Shown here piece after piece: positions 38,659 through 47,917 of a stretch of DNA of 61,074 nucleotides (the stretch's first letter is position 1; the number at the start of each line of letters is the position of its first letter). The position numbers and the translations under genes are program-made. A model generated the notes under the pieces. The model saw only the letters and a list, made by a program, of their open reading frames with translations. It was not told the origin of the DNA and made no database searches. This DNA comes from an uncultured Eubacteriales bacterium (GTDB lineage: Bacteria > Bacillota > Clostridia > Christensenellales > UBA1242), in assembly GCA_900552105.1 (NCBI GenBank), contig URYH01000003.1:1-61074 (forward strand). The letters run 5' to 3'.

Positions 38659-39000
38659 ATGGATATGAAAAAAGTTCTTACTGACAGATATTATATTGTT
38701 ATGTCGCTTGACGACCCAAAAGTTGAAAATATGTTGGTCGTTTACGCACTTGAAAATCACATTTGCAACTATCCAGTTGATTGGGTTGAACAAGTTCTCA
38801 AATGCTTTGACCAAAAGTTTGTTGAACCAAAAATAATAGACATAAAAGATGTTAAGTCGGGAAATTTTCTCTTTTATGACGGCAAAAAAGCAAATCAATT
38901 TTCATGGCAACTTGAAGAACAAAATGGTCATAAAAAAATCGCAGGAAAAATTTTGGAACAAACTGCAACTCAAAATGCAAACTCACAAGGAAGAGAATAA
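38659..39000 (+). CDS. Hypothetical protein
   Basis: 113-aa ORF with SD agagg upstream. No family recognised. Confidence 0.45.
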   Translation: MDMKKVLTDRYYIVMSLDDPKVENMLVVYALENHICNYPVDWVEQVLKCFDQKFVEPKIIDIKDVKSGNFLFYDGKKANQFSWQLEEQNGHKKIAGKILEQTATQNANSQGRE

Positions 39001-39098
39001 TCTCTTCTTTTTTTTATTATTAAACTCTTTTGTTAATAACCTTAATTCATTTTGGCAAAATATAATGGAATGATATAATTATTTTTAACGAGGGTTTT

Positions 39099-40307
39099 AT
39101 GAAAAAATTATTTTATCGAGCATTCCAAAGCGTCATGCGTGTTGCGATGTATTTTGTCCCATACAATAAACCACAAATTTATTATGGGGAGCAAGCAACT
39201 CTTGACATGGCTCGTGATATCGCCGCCGCTGGCCACAAAAAAGTGCTTGTCGTCACAGATCAAGGCGTGATGAAACTTGGTTTATGCAACCTTGTTTTTT
39301 CATCTCTTGAAGAAAATGGTGTTGAGTTCGTCATATTTGACAAAACAGTTGCCAATCCAACAATTGAGAACGCAGAAGAAGGACTTGAAGAATACAATCA
39401 GAATTACTGCACTGCAATTATTGCAATCGGCGGCGGGAGTGCAATGGATTGTGCAAAAGCAATTGGCGCAAGAGCGACAAATCCAAATAAAACAATTCGT
39501 CAAATGCGTGGCATCTTGAAGGTTCGTCATGCTCTGCCACCACTCTATGCCATTCCAACCACAAGCGGCACAGGAAGCGAGACAACTCTTGCCGCCGTCA
39601 TTGTTGACGCTCACACAAAAGAAAAATTTGCGCTTGAAGATCCAAAGCTTGTTCCAAAGTTTGCCGTCCTTGACCCAAACATGACATTATCTTTGCCACC
39701 ATTTCTCACTGCTTCAACTGGAATGGACGCACTCACGCACGCAGTTGAAAGTTTTATTGGAAGATGCAACACACATGAGACAAAAGAATATGCCATTCAT
39801 GCAACAAAGTTGATTTTTGAAAATTTGGAAACGGCTTTTCATCACCCCGACGACCTCAAAGCGCGTCAAAACATGATGACAGCTGCATTTGAAGCAGGGC
39901 TTGCGTTCACGCGAGCATATGTTGGAAATGTTCACGCAGTTGCACACACTCTTGGTGGACAATATAACACTCCACATGGATTTGCAAACGCTGTGATATT
40001 GCCAAAGGTATTAAGTTTTTATGGCAAAAAAATTTATAAAAAAATTGGCACCCTTTGTGATGCCATTGGAATTTTCCCTGAACTTGTGACAAACGAAGAA
40101 AAGACTCTTGCTTTCATCCAAAAAATCAAAGATATGAACAAAACATTTGGTTTTCCTGACTATATCGAAGATCTCAAAGAGCAAGATATTCAAAAACTCA
40201 TTCACCGAGCAAAAAAAGAAGCCAATCCGCTCTACCCTGTCCCAGTGATTTTTATGGATAAAGAATTTTCGTGCATATATCATTCGCTCCTTCGTCATGA
40301 GCAATAA
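39099..40307 (+). CDS. Iron-containing (group III) alcohol dehydrogenase
   Basis: GGGSAMDCAK, TTSGTGSE and the His cluster (HAVAHTLGGQYNTPHG). Confidence 0.9.
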   Translation: MKKLFYRAFQSVMRVAMYFVPYNKPQIYYGEQATLDMARDIAAAGHKKVLVVTDQGVMKLGLCNLVFSSLEENGVEFVIFDKTVANPTIENAEEGLEEYNQNYCTAIIAIGGGSAMDCAKAIGARATNPNKTIRQMRGILKVRHALPPLYAIPTTSGTGSETTLAAVIVDAHTKEKFALEDPKLVPKFAVLDPNMTLSLPPFLTASTGMDALTHAVESFIGRCNTHETKEYAIHATKLIFENLETAFHHPDDLKARQNMMTAAFEAGLAFTRAYVGNVHAVAHTLGGQYNTPHGFANAVILPKVLSFYGKKIYKKIGTLCDAIGIFPELVTNEEKTLAFIQKIKDMNKTFGFPDYIEDLKEQDIQKLIHRAKKEANPLYPVPVIFMDKEFSCIYHSLLRHEQ

Positions 40308-40367
40308 TCCAATATTGACTTTTGTCGATTTTTGTAATAAAATATAATATATAATATTGGAGGAGCC

Positions 40368-41078
40368 ATGACAAACGAGCCTCAAGGATTTCATTTCAAA
40401 ACAAACAAAAAGCTTGCTCTTGACAACAATGCATTGCATTCAGCATTTGGAATGGATGCAAGAATTCGCGATTATGCTGACAAGGCAAAAATTCCAGTCG
40501 AAGATGTTTTGAAATACTGTAACATAAAAGCTCTTTATGATTCAAAAGTCAGCAAAAACCAACTCCAACTTCTCGCTGCTTTGTTTGACAATATGAAACT
40601 TGCCTACAACAAGGAACTTCGAATAGTCATCACACCAACCGTTCTTCACGAAGTATATAACAATCATATAATTTTCACTCCAATCAAACCAAATGTATTT
40701 TTTCAAAACTACTCAGTTGAACATGTGGCATTTGACGAGCATGAACAAAGATTGATTGATGAACTCACCCGCGACTTGTTGTCTCCTCAAAAGGTTACAT
40801 TGATGAAAAATGGTTTCTTATACACAAAAACCGAATGGGCGTTTGAAGGAAATCATAATCAAAATCACGACCATGACGCAAGAATATTTGCCGAAAGCAT
40901 TTTTGCTGGTGTCAACTTGTTTACATTTGATCGAGATTTTGAGAAAAAAGAATTGATTTATCACACCGTGAAAGAATTTGAGAAAAAACACCCCGAAACA
41001 AAGGGCATTTCAAACTTCAAAATTTTGCCAGATATTCAGCAATGCAACACACAAGATCAATACATATTCGAAAAATAA
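40368..41078 (+). CDS. PIN-like domain protein (putative nuclease), orphan
   Basis: Acidic quartet in the canonical order: LALDNNAL, ITPTVLHEV, DARIFAES, LFTFDRDF. Confidence 0.5.
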   Translation: MTNEPQGFHFKTNKKLALDNNALHSAFGMDARIRDYADKAKIPVEDVLKYCNIKALYDSKVSKNQLQLLAALFDNMKLAYNKELRIVITPTVLHEVYNNHIIFTPIKPNVFFQNYSVEHVAFDEHEQRLIDELTRDLLSPQKVTLMKNGFLYTKTEWAFEGNHNQNHDHDARIFAESIFAGVNLFTFDRDFEKKELIYHTVKEFEKKHPETKGISNFKILPDIQQCNTQDQYIFEK

Positions 41079-41104
41079 ATACCAACAATTGTTGGTATTT
41101 TTTT
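41076..41104. terminator. Bidirectional intrinsic terminator
   Basis: Palindrome taccaaca/tgttggta flanked by an A-run and a T-run. Confidence 0.7.
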
Positions 41105-41690
41105 ACATGTTTTTTAGTGGGGCAAGTTTGGCACGAATTCGTGAAAGTGCGTTTTCAACACTTGTTGCATTTTTGTTGACCGCTTCTGCAATTTGATTAT
41201 ATGACTTTCCTTTGAGATATTCGCTAAGAACAAGTTTTTCATAGGTCGAAAGATTTTTGGCAACAAACTTTTTGATTTCTTCGAGTTTTTCGTGCCATAT
41301 GAGTTTGTCGTCTGGAAGCATTGTTTTTGACGGAAGAACAATAATAAACTCGTCATCGTCATCAAACCCCGCATCTTCAAGAGAAACGCTATCCGAAAGT
41401 AGTTTGTTGTTTTTTGAGTTGAATTTTTTTATTGTCGAAATGATTGCTCTTTTCACACAAAGTGCGGCATAAGTTTTGAAAGCGACCTCTTTTGTTTCAT
41501 CAAACGAGGAAACCGCATTGCAAAGAGCAATAATTCCTTCTTGCTGCAAGTCTTCAAGTTCTGCACCAACCAAAAAGAATTTACGGACAATTTTTTTGAC
41601 AAGAACATTATATTCTCGCACAATTTCCGCAAAGCTTTCTTGGTCGCCCTTTTTTGCTTTTTCAATCAACTCTTTTTCGTTATACATCAA
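41103..41690 (-). CDS. sigH: ECF/SigH-like sigma-70 family factor
   Basis: Region 2 and region 4 patterns. Position downstream of rlmB matches the B. subtilis yacO-(yacP)-sigH order. Confidence 0.7.
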   Translation of the reverse strand: MMYNEKELIEKAKKGDQESFAEIVREYNVLVKKIVRKFFLVGAELEDLQQEGIIALCNAVSSFDETKEVAFKTYAALCVKRAIISTIKKFNSKNNKLLSDSVSLEDAGFDDDDEFIIVLPSKTMLPDDKLIWHEKLEEIKKFVAKNLSTYEKLVLSEYLKGKSYNQIAEAVNKNATSVENALSRIRAKLAPLKNM

Positions 41691-42412
41691 TTTTTCCTTT
41701 GTCTAACAACTTCAAACAGTGCAACTCCGCAAGCAACTGACGCATTTAGTGAGTTCACTTGTCCCGCAAGCGGAATTGAAACAATGTCATCACAGCGCTT
41801 TTTTGTGAGTTCGCTAATCCCCTCTCCCTCACTTCCAATAACAATTGCGATTGGACCTTTGAGATTTGTTTGATACATTATGTTTTTGCCTGCTTCAAAT
41901 CCATAAACCCAAATTCCGCGTTGTTTGAGGTCAGAAATCACATAATTTATGTTGGTCACTCTTGCAATCTTCATGTTTGATATTGCACCCGCCGAGGTTT
42001 TTATAACCGTTTCATTAACAGCAACGCTTCGGTTTTTGGGGATTATGATGCCATGCGCACCAGCACATTCCGCACTTCTTATTATCGCGCCCAAATTATG
42101 CGGATCTTTCACACCATCAAGAATGACGACAAGCGGTTGCTCACAGCGGTCATCGGCAAGTTTCAAAATTTCATCAATATCCGAATATTCAAAATCAACA
42201 ACTTCTCCAATCACACCTTGATGATGATGTGTTAAAGTTTTTTTGTCGAGCAAGAATTTGTCAACAAAATCAATTCTGATGTTATTTTGTTTTGCAAGGT
42301 TAATGATTTTTTGACTTTCAGCATCTTTGTTTTGTTTTGAAATATAAAGTTTGTTAAATGTCTGACCAGAACTTAGTGCCTCAAAAACCACATTTTTGCC
42401 TTCAATAATCAT
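41687..42412 (-). CDS. rlmB: 23S rRNA (guanosine-2'-O)-methyltransferase RlmB (SpoU/TrmH family)
   Basis: SpoU motifs (DPHNLGAIIRSA, GSEGEGIS, SLNASVA). Confidence 0.9.
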   Translation of the reverse strand: MIIEGKNVVFEALSSGQTFNKLYISKQNKDAESQKIINLAKQNNIRIDFVDKFLLDKKTLTHHHQGVIGEVVDFEYSDIDEILKLADDRCEQPLVVILDGVKDPHNLGAIIRSAECAGAHGIIIPKNRSVAVNETVIKTSAGAISNMKIARVTNINYVISDLKQRGIWVYGFEAGKNIMYQTNLKGPIAIVIGSEGEGISELTKKRCDDIVSIPLAGQVNSLNASVACGVALFEVVRQRKN

Positions 42413-42413
42413 A

Positions 42414-44138
42414 TTAGTCCACCTTTATATCTTTTAGTTTGCTCATGTCAAAACGGCGAGAAAGTTGCTCTTTGAGGTCGTTCAATCTGTCTTGGTCAAT
42501 GCGGGCAAAAATTGGTTCTGGTGCGAGTGTCTTGTGTCCTTTTTTGATATTAAACTCGCTAGCCTTTTCCCACATTCCGTCTGCTGTTGGGTCGCCAACA
42601 AGTCCAAGTTGATTTTGCCAAAGGTCTTTTGTTTTTCTTGTGATGATTGGGCTTGCAACAATGCAAAGACTTGCACACATATTTAAGCACAACCACAAAA
42701 CTTTTTTTGCACCGAGCATGTCGCCATTTTTTATCATTGTCCAAGGTGCAGTTTTTTCAAGATAGAGATTTCCAACCCCAGCATACTCCATGATTGCTTT
42801 GTATGCGTCACGGAATTGTGTTTTGTCATAGAATTCTGCAATTTTTTCTGGATAAGTTTTTATTGCATCAATCATAACTTGATCGTTTTCGTCTGGTGTG
42901 AAATCGTTTTCGTCAATATCAAATTCGCCACCAAAATTTTTCATTGCCATGTTGAGCGAGCGGTTGAACAAGTTTCCAAATTTTCCAACAAGTTCGGAAT
43001 TTGTGTTGTCTTTGAGACCTTCCCAGCGAAAATCGCTATCTTTGTTTTCCGGAATAACAGTGACAAGATATGAACGCAGTCCGTCAATATCAATGTCGCT
43101 TCCAAAAAGTCCGTCACAGAAAATTCCGACATTTTTGCTTTTCGAAAATTTTTGCCCTTCAAAATTCATAAAACCCATGCCAACAACATTTGTCGCATTA
43201 TTATATTTTTTTGCTCCAATCATCATCGCAGGGAAAAATATTGTGTGGAATGGAATGTTGTCTTTTCCAATAAAGTTATAAATTTGGCAGTCTGGGTTTT
43301 GCCATCTGTCACGAACAAGCTCGTCTCCACCAAGTTCGTGAGTGATTGAAATATATCCAATCGGTGCATCAAACCAAACATAGAAGACTTTGTTTTCATA
43401 GCCTGGTTTTGGGACTTTGATTCCCCATGGCAAATCGCGAGTTATGCAACGAGGAAGAAGACCTTCATTAATCCACCTTTTTGCTTCGGCATATACTGTT
43501 GGGCGGAAAATATCTTTTTTGCTTTCAAGCCATTTGTCAAGGTCGTCTGAAAGTTTGTCAAGTCTGAGATACAAGTGTTTTGTTTCTCTAACCTCTGCTG
43601 CTTCTCCACAGAATTTGCAGTGAGGATTTTTGAGCATTGTTGACTCATAGGTTTCGCCACATTTGTCACATTGGTCGCCATAGGCATGGTCATATCCGCA
43701 GAATGGGCAAGTTCCTTCAACAAAACGATCAGCAAGAGCAATGTTGTCGTTTGGACAGAAAAGCATTTTTGCTGGACGCTCCTCAATGAAACCATTTTTG
43801 TCAAGCGCCTCAAAAAACTCTTGTGTTATTTTTGAATGAATTTCTGTGCTTGTCCCCGAATTATATGTGTAGTTGATATCGAGCGTTTCATAAATCTTGT
43901 GATTGATGACATTGAGTTTGTCAATGAGTTCTTTTGGTTGCATTCCATACTCTTTTGCTGAAATCAAAACCGCTGTTCCGTGGTCGTCTGAACCACCAAT
44001 AAAAATTGCGTCATTCCCCCTGCTTTTTTGAAATCTGCAAAAAATATCGGCTGGAAGATGACAACCAACCATGTGTCCCAAATGTTGAATGTTATTCACG
44101 TATGGCAATGCTGCCGTAATCAAGTATTTTTTATTCAT
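42414..44138 (-). CDS. metG: Methionine--tRNA ligase
   Basis: HLGH (HIGH) and KFSKS (KMSKS) signatures, and a zinc knuckle CPFCG..CDKCG. Confidence 0.95.
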   Translation of the reverse strand: MNKKYLITAALPYVNNIQHLGHMVGCHLPADIFCRFQKSRGNDAIFIGGSDDHGTAVLISAKEYGMQPKELIDKLNVINHKIYETLDINYTYNSGTSTEIHSKITQEFFEALDKNGFIEERPAKMLFCPNDNIALADRFVEGTCPFCGYDHAYGDQCDKCGETYESTMLKNPHCKFCGEAAEVRETKHLYLRLDKLSDDLDKWLESKKDIFRPTVYAEAKRWINEGLLPRCITRDLPWGIKVPKPGYENKVFYVWFDAPIGYISITHELGGDELVRDRWQNPDCQIYNFIGKDNIPFHTIFFPAMMIGAKKYNNATNVVGMGFMNFEGQKFSKSKNVGIFCDGLFGSDIDIDGLRSYLVTVIPENKDSDFRWEGLKDNTNSELVGKFGNLFNRSLNMAMKNFGGEFDIDENDFTPDENDQVMIDAIKTYPEKIAEFYDKTQFRDAYKAIMEYAGVGNLYLEKTAPWTMIKNGDMLGAKKVLWLCLNMCASLCIVASPIITRKTKDLWQNQLGLVGDPTADGMWEKASEFNIKKGHKTLAPEPIFARIDQDRLNDLKEQLSRRFDMSKLKDIKVD

Positions 44139-44220
44139 ATTTATACCTCAAAATTACTATATATAATTATGCTTCATAGTTTAACAAACAAAGTTAAAAA
44201 AAACAATAAATAATCATTAA

Positions 44221-44616
44221 TCACATGGAAATATCCAAAAATTGTTGCAATCGGTCATTTTCGCCCGCAAGATACAAATATCCCAAAAGCGCCTCAAACG
44301 AGGTTGCTTTTTTATATTCAGCAAGGCTTGAATGTTTTGCGGTGTGAGAATTCTTTGCATTGCGCGCACGAAGTGCAATCTCCTGCTCCTCTTCTGTCAA
44401 AATTTCCTGCAATTTGTCAAACACCAAACTTTGGTGCGTTGCGCTGCAAAATTTCGAACTTTCTTTGTGCATAAGACCAGCGGAGTATGAATGTTCAAGC
44501 ACAACTTTTTCCCGCACAAACGCCGTGTGAATTGCATCCCCCAAAAACGCCAAAACAAGCGGATTTATTTCTCTAATTTTTTTCTTATCCAAAATATTTT
44601 CACAATTTATTTCCAT
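44221..44616 (-). CDS. mrnC: Mini-ribonuclease III
   Basis: LAFLGDAI ... RARNAK ... SFEALLGYLYL pattern. The start at MEIN (44616) gives a typical ~131 aa. The longest ORF extends to 44709. Confidence 0.85.
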   Translation of the reverse strand: MEINCENILDKKKIREINPLVLAFLGDAIHTAFVREKVVLEHSYSAGLMHKESSKFCSATHQSLVFDKLQEILTEEEQEIALRARNAKNSHTAKHSSLAEYKKATSFEALLGYLYLAGENDRLQQFLDISM

Positions 44617-44680
44617 TTTCAAAAATTCCTTTTTCTTGACAAAACCTAGCAAATTTTGCATATTATTCACGCGTATTTTT

Positions 44681-44709
44681 AGTTTATCAAAAGGGAAATA
44701 TTGCGTCAA
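44681..44709 (-). promoter_or_regulatory. Candidate promoter of mrnC
   Basis: On the minus strand, TTGACG, a 17-nt spacer, then TAAACT. It lies immediately downstream of the DnaA-box cluster. Confidence 0.35.
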
Positions 44710-44735
44710 TCAAACCAAACCCTTTTAATAAAAAA

Positions 44736-44869
44736 GGTGGATAAAGTTATCCACATATCCACATTATAATAATTATAAATTTTTATGAATAATTATAAAT
44801 TTGTGCCAATTTTTTTATGAAATGTGGACAAATGGGGGTGTTTTGGGGTAAGTTATCCACATATCCACC
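44736..44869. promoter_or_regulatory. Cluster of six DnaA boxes flanking an AT-rich spacer with two 15-nt direct repeats
   Basis: The boxes are: ggtggataa (44736-44744, rc TTATCCACC); TTATCCACA (44747-44755); aTATCCACA (44755-44763); tgtggacaa (44823-44831, rc TTGTCCACA); TTATCCACA (44853-44861); aTATCCACc (44861-44869). The direct repeat aataattataaattt occurs at 44768-44782 and 44788-44802. Confidence 0.75.
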
Positions 44870-44875
44870 ATTTTT

Positions 44876-45850
44876 TTATGCAACATAACCAAAGATTGCA
44901 TTGAGAATTAAGAATGTTAGGTATACAACATATATTGAAATCAGAGTTATTCCTTGCCAGCGGAACGACTCTTTTTTTGCCATGAGCGGAATTGCCATCA
45001 AAAGACAAAGAACAATTGCGACAGGTATTGAAATTGCCATTGTGAGCATATCGACCGAAAGTCCTTCTGAACCGCTTATGCAACCTGCCAAACCAACCAA
45101 AAGTCCAATGTTAAGAACATTTGCTCCAACAATGTTTCCGATACCAATGCTGCCAGCCTTTCTTCTGATTGACGAGATTGTTGTCACGAGTTCTGGGAGG
45201 CTTGTGCCGATGCCGATGATTGTGAGTCCAATAAATGTTTCACTCATTCCTGCAAGTCTTGCAAGGTTTTCTCCGCCAAAAACCAAAAGTTCCGCTCCTC
45301 CTGCAATTCCCGCTGCGCCAAGAATGAAGAAAACAACAATCTGCCAAGTTTTCATCGGTTTTGCCTCGTCTTCTTCTGGCCCAAACTGTCCAAAGCTTTT
45401 TTTGGCATCATATATGTTGAGTGCAAAAAATCCAACTGCAATCAAAATCAAAAACATTCCTTCAATCCAAGAAACGTTTTGATTGATTGAAACTGCAAGC
45501 AAAAACACTCCTGACAAAATCAAAACAACAAATTTTAGGCTCATATATTTTGAATCTTGCTTGATTTTGAGAAAACACAAAGCAAGTCCTGCGACAAGAC
45601 CAGTGTTGATGATAACAGAACCAATGCTGTTGCCAACCGCAAGTCCAAACGACCCTTTTGTTGACGACAAAATTGTCACCAAGAGTTCTGGAAGAGTTGT
45701 TGCAATGCTAACTATTGTTGCGCCAACAATCGCTTGTGGAATTTTTGTTCGACGGGCGATTTGGATTGAACTTTTAACAAACCAATCTCCCCCAAAGATG
45801 AGCAACACCAAACCGATTATTAAATATAGGACTGACAAAAAAATTTCCAT
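44876..45850 (-). CDS. Na+/Ca2+ exchanger (CaCA family, YrbG-like)
   Basis: Two alpha-repeats (GNSIGS.. / GTSLPEL.., GNIVGAN). Confidence 0.85.
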   Translation of the reverse strand: MEIFLSVLYLIIGLVLLIFGGDWFVKSSIQIARRTKIPQAIVGATIVSIATTLPELLVTILSSTKGSFGLAVGNSIGSVIINTGLVAGLALCFLKIKQDSKYMSLKFVVLILSGVFLLAVSINQNVSWIEGMFLILIAVGFFALNIYDAKKSFGQFGPEEDEAKPMKTWQIVVFFILGAAGIAGGAELLVFGGENLARLAGMSETFIGLTIIGIGTSLPELVTTISSIRRKAGSIGIGNIVGANVLNIGLLVGLAGCISGSEGLSVDMLTMAISIPVAIVLCLLMAIPLMAKKESFRWQGITLISIYVVYLTFLILNAIFGYVA

Positions 45851-46293
45851 TACTTCCTCTTTGACCTAAAAAAGTCTTGTATTAGTTTTTTACACTCTTC
45901 TTCTTTTATTCCGCCCTCAACTTCAACTTTGTGATTAAGCACTCCGCCACCAAGAAAACTTGGATTGCTCAAACAATATCCACTTTGAGGGTCAAACGCT
46001 CCAAAAACAACCTTGTCCATCCTCGCGTTCAAAATCGCACCTGCACACATTGGGCAAGGTTCAAGCGTGACATAAAGTGTGCAACCATCAAGACGCCAAG
46101 AGTGAAGTTTTTTGCAAGCATTTTGGATTGCAATAATTTCCGCGTGCAAAAGTGCGTTTTGCTTTTTTTCGCGTTGATTATATCCTCGTGAAATGATTTT
46201 GCCGTCCTTCACCACAACTGCCCCAATCGGAACTTCGCCGTGCTTTTCAGCAAGCCTCGCAAGACGCAGAGCATCATTCATAAATTCTTCCAT
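45850..46293 (-). CDS. tadA: tRNA-specific adenosine deaminase
   Basis: HAEIIAI and PCPMCAGA motifs. Confidence 0.9.
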   Translation of the reverse strand: MEEFMNDALRLARLAEKHGEVPIGAVVVKDGKIISRGYNQREKKQNALLHAEIIAIQNACKKLHSWRLDGCTLYVTLEPCPMCAGAILNARMDKVVFGAFDPQSGYCLSNPSFLGGGVLNHKVEVEGGIKEEECKKLIQDFFRSKRK

Positions 46294-46301
46294 AGTTTCC
46301 C

Positions 46302-46772
46302 CTATTTGTGATATGTAATATTGTTTTCAATGCAAAACGCACGATAAATTTGTTCCAAAAGAAGCACGCGAAAAAGCTGATGAGGAAATGTCATGTCTGA
46401 CACCGACATCATGAAGTTTGCTTTCTTTTTTATGCTCTCATCAAGTCCATAGGACGAGCCAATGACAAACGTAATTGTCGAGTTGGTCATTTTTATTTCT
46501 TCAAGTTTTTTTGAAAAAGAAATGCTATCAAACTTTTTGCCAAACTTGTCCATAACAACAACAAAGCCCGTCAAATGTTTTTCAATATCTTTTGCTTCCG
46601 CCAAAAGACACTGTTCGGGAGTTGAAAGCTTGTTTTTTTCCTGAACTTCAATTATGTTTATATCACAAAATTTGCCAAGGCGTTTTGAATACTCTTCACA
46701 CGCCCCAGCAAAATAATTTTCTTTTATGTTTCCAACTGCCAAAATGTTTATCTTCAAATCACAAGCCCCCAA
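46302..46772 (-). CDS. rlmH: 23S rRNA (pseudouridine1915-N3)-methyltransferase RlmH
   Basis: SPOUT RlmH pattern (INILAVGNIKE..., TFVIGSSYGL, FPHQLFRVLLLEQIYRA). The true start may be internal. Confidence 0.85.
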   Translation of the reverse strand: MGACDLKINILAVGNIKENYFAGACEEYSKRLGKFCDINIIEVQEKNKLSTPEQCLLAEAKDIEKHLTGFVVVMDKFGKKFDSISFSKKLEEIKMTNSTITFVIGSSYGLDESIKKKANFMMSVSDMTFPHQLFRVLLLEQIYRAFCIENNITYHK

Positions 46773-47917
46773 ATGAATGTGAATATTGTTATTGTTATTC
46801 CAAGTGCGAGTGACGCATAGAAAAATATGTTGTCAACAAACTTTGGTTTGTAAATCGGTTTTGCATCAAGTCCCATTCTTTCAAAAGGAATCTTGATTTT
46901 TATCAGCCGTTTGTCGCCAGCAATATCAACCTCTTCGTCGAACACAAGTCCCGCATCAGGCGAACCAACCTCTGGCGATTCAATTTGTCCCAACACTTGG
47001 TCGCGAAGATATTCTTTTGCAATATCGCTTTTAACTTTTTCAAATCGTCTTCCATAGGTTTCTTTGAACAATGCTTTTATCAAGAACACAAGTCCGAACA
47101 AAGCCACAGCAATCAGCACAATCAGAAGAAGAATGGACAAGACGCCATATCCTGTGAGAAGTCCACCAAGTGAATTTACTGTTTTTCGCAGTGGCAAATT
47201 CAGGTCTTCAGCATATGAAAGATAAACATTTATTAGGTTGTTCATAAAGTGAACAATCATCGCCGGAATTATGCTTCCCGATGCCATCACTAAAACAACA
47301 AGCAAGCAACCAATGAGCGTTGCGTAGAAAAATTGAGAAATGTTGAGGTGCATGAGTCCAAACAAAAGACCTGAATATATGATTGTTTTTTTGACGCCGA
47401 GTTCAGAAAATCCTTTAACCAAAAGTCCACGATGAACAAACTCTTCACAAAATCCCGGCAAGATTGCAACGAGGACAATTGACACAAGAAAATCTCCCCA
47501 AGTCCCCACACCTGCAGATGAGCCTGATGACGCTTGATAGCCAAACAATCCCAAAAAGAAATTAAAAATTGCTGCAACGCAAAGTGTTAAAAAATAAGTA
47601 ATTATTCCAATCGCAATCGAAATCAAAACTGCTTTGAAATTGATTTTTGTAAATTTGTAATCCTTAAAAACATCTTTTGGTTTTTTCTTAAAAAACAACA
47701 AATATAAAACAAAAGTCAAGCCAAACATGATGCCAATTTGAATGAGAATTGATCCAACTATATCTGACACAGTGCCGGAAAGGTTAAACAGATTCAAAGC
47801 AAAAACAATGCGCACCAAAACGAATGCACAAAGCAAAATGAAATAAATTAAATTGATTTTGAATAGGTCACTTCTTTTTTTCATAACTCTCCGATGTCTA
47901 ATATTTAAAGTCTGCAA
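46754..47917 (-). CDS. CPBP-family intramembrane glutamic endopeptidase with a long C-terminal extension
   Basis: EEFVHRG ... FGLMH ... HFMNN motifs. An alternative start is at 47884. Confidence 0.8.
   Translation of the reverse strand: MQTLNIRHRRVMKKRSDLFKINLIYFILLCAFVLVRIVFALNLFNLSGTVSDIVGSILIQIGIMFGLTFVLYLLFFKKKPKDVFKDYKFTKINFKAVLISIAIGIITYFLTLCVAAIFNFFLGLFGYQASSGSSAGVGTWGDFLVSIVLVAILPGFCEEFVHRGLLVKGFSELGVKKTIIYSGLLFGLMHLNISQFFYATLIGCLLVVLVMASGSIIPAMIVHFMNNLINVYLSYAEDLNLPLRKTVNSLGGLLTGYGVLSILLLIVLIAVALFGLVFLIKALFKETYGRRFEKVKSDIAKEYLRDQVLGQIESPEVGSPDAGLVFDEEVDIAGDKRLIKIKIPFERMGLDAKPIYKPKFVDNIFFYASLALGITITIFTFIWGLVI

Noticed and set aside
44736-44869. Calling the DnaA-box cluster the chromosomal oriC outright.
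   Set aside because: No dnaA or dnaN is in the window, and gene orientation is predominantly minus on both sides with no strand-bias switch. It is kept as a DnaA-box cluster finding with the origin only as a minor alternative.
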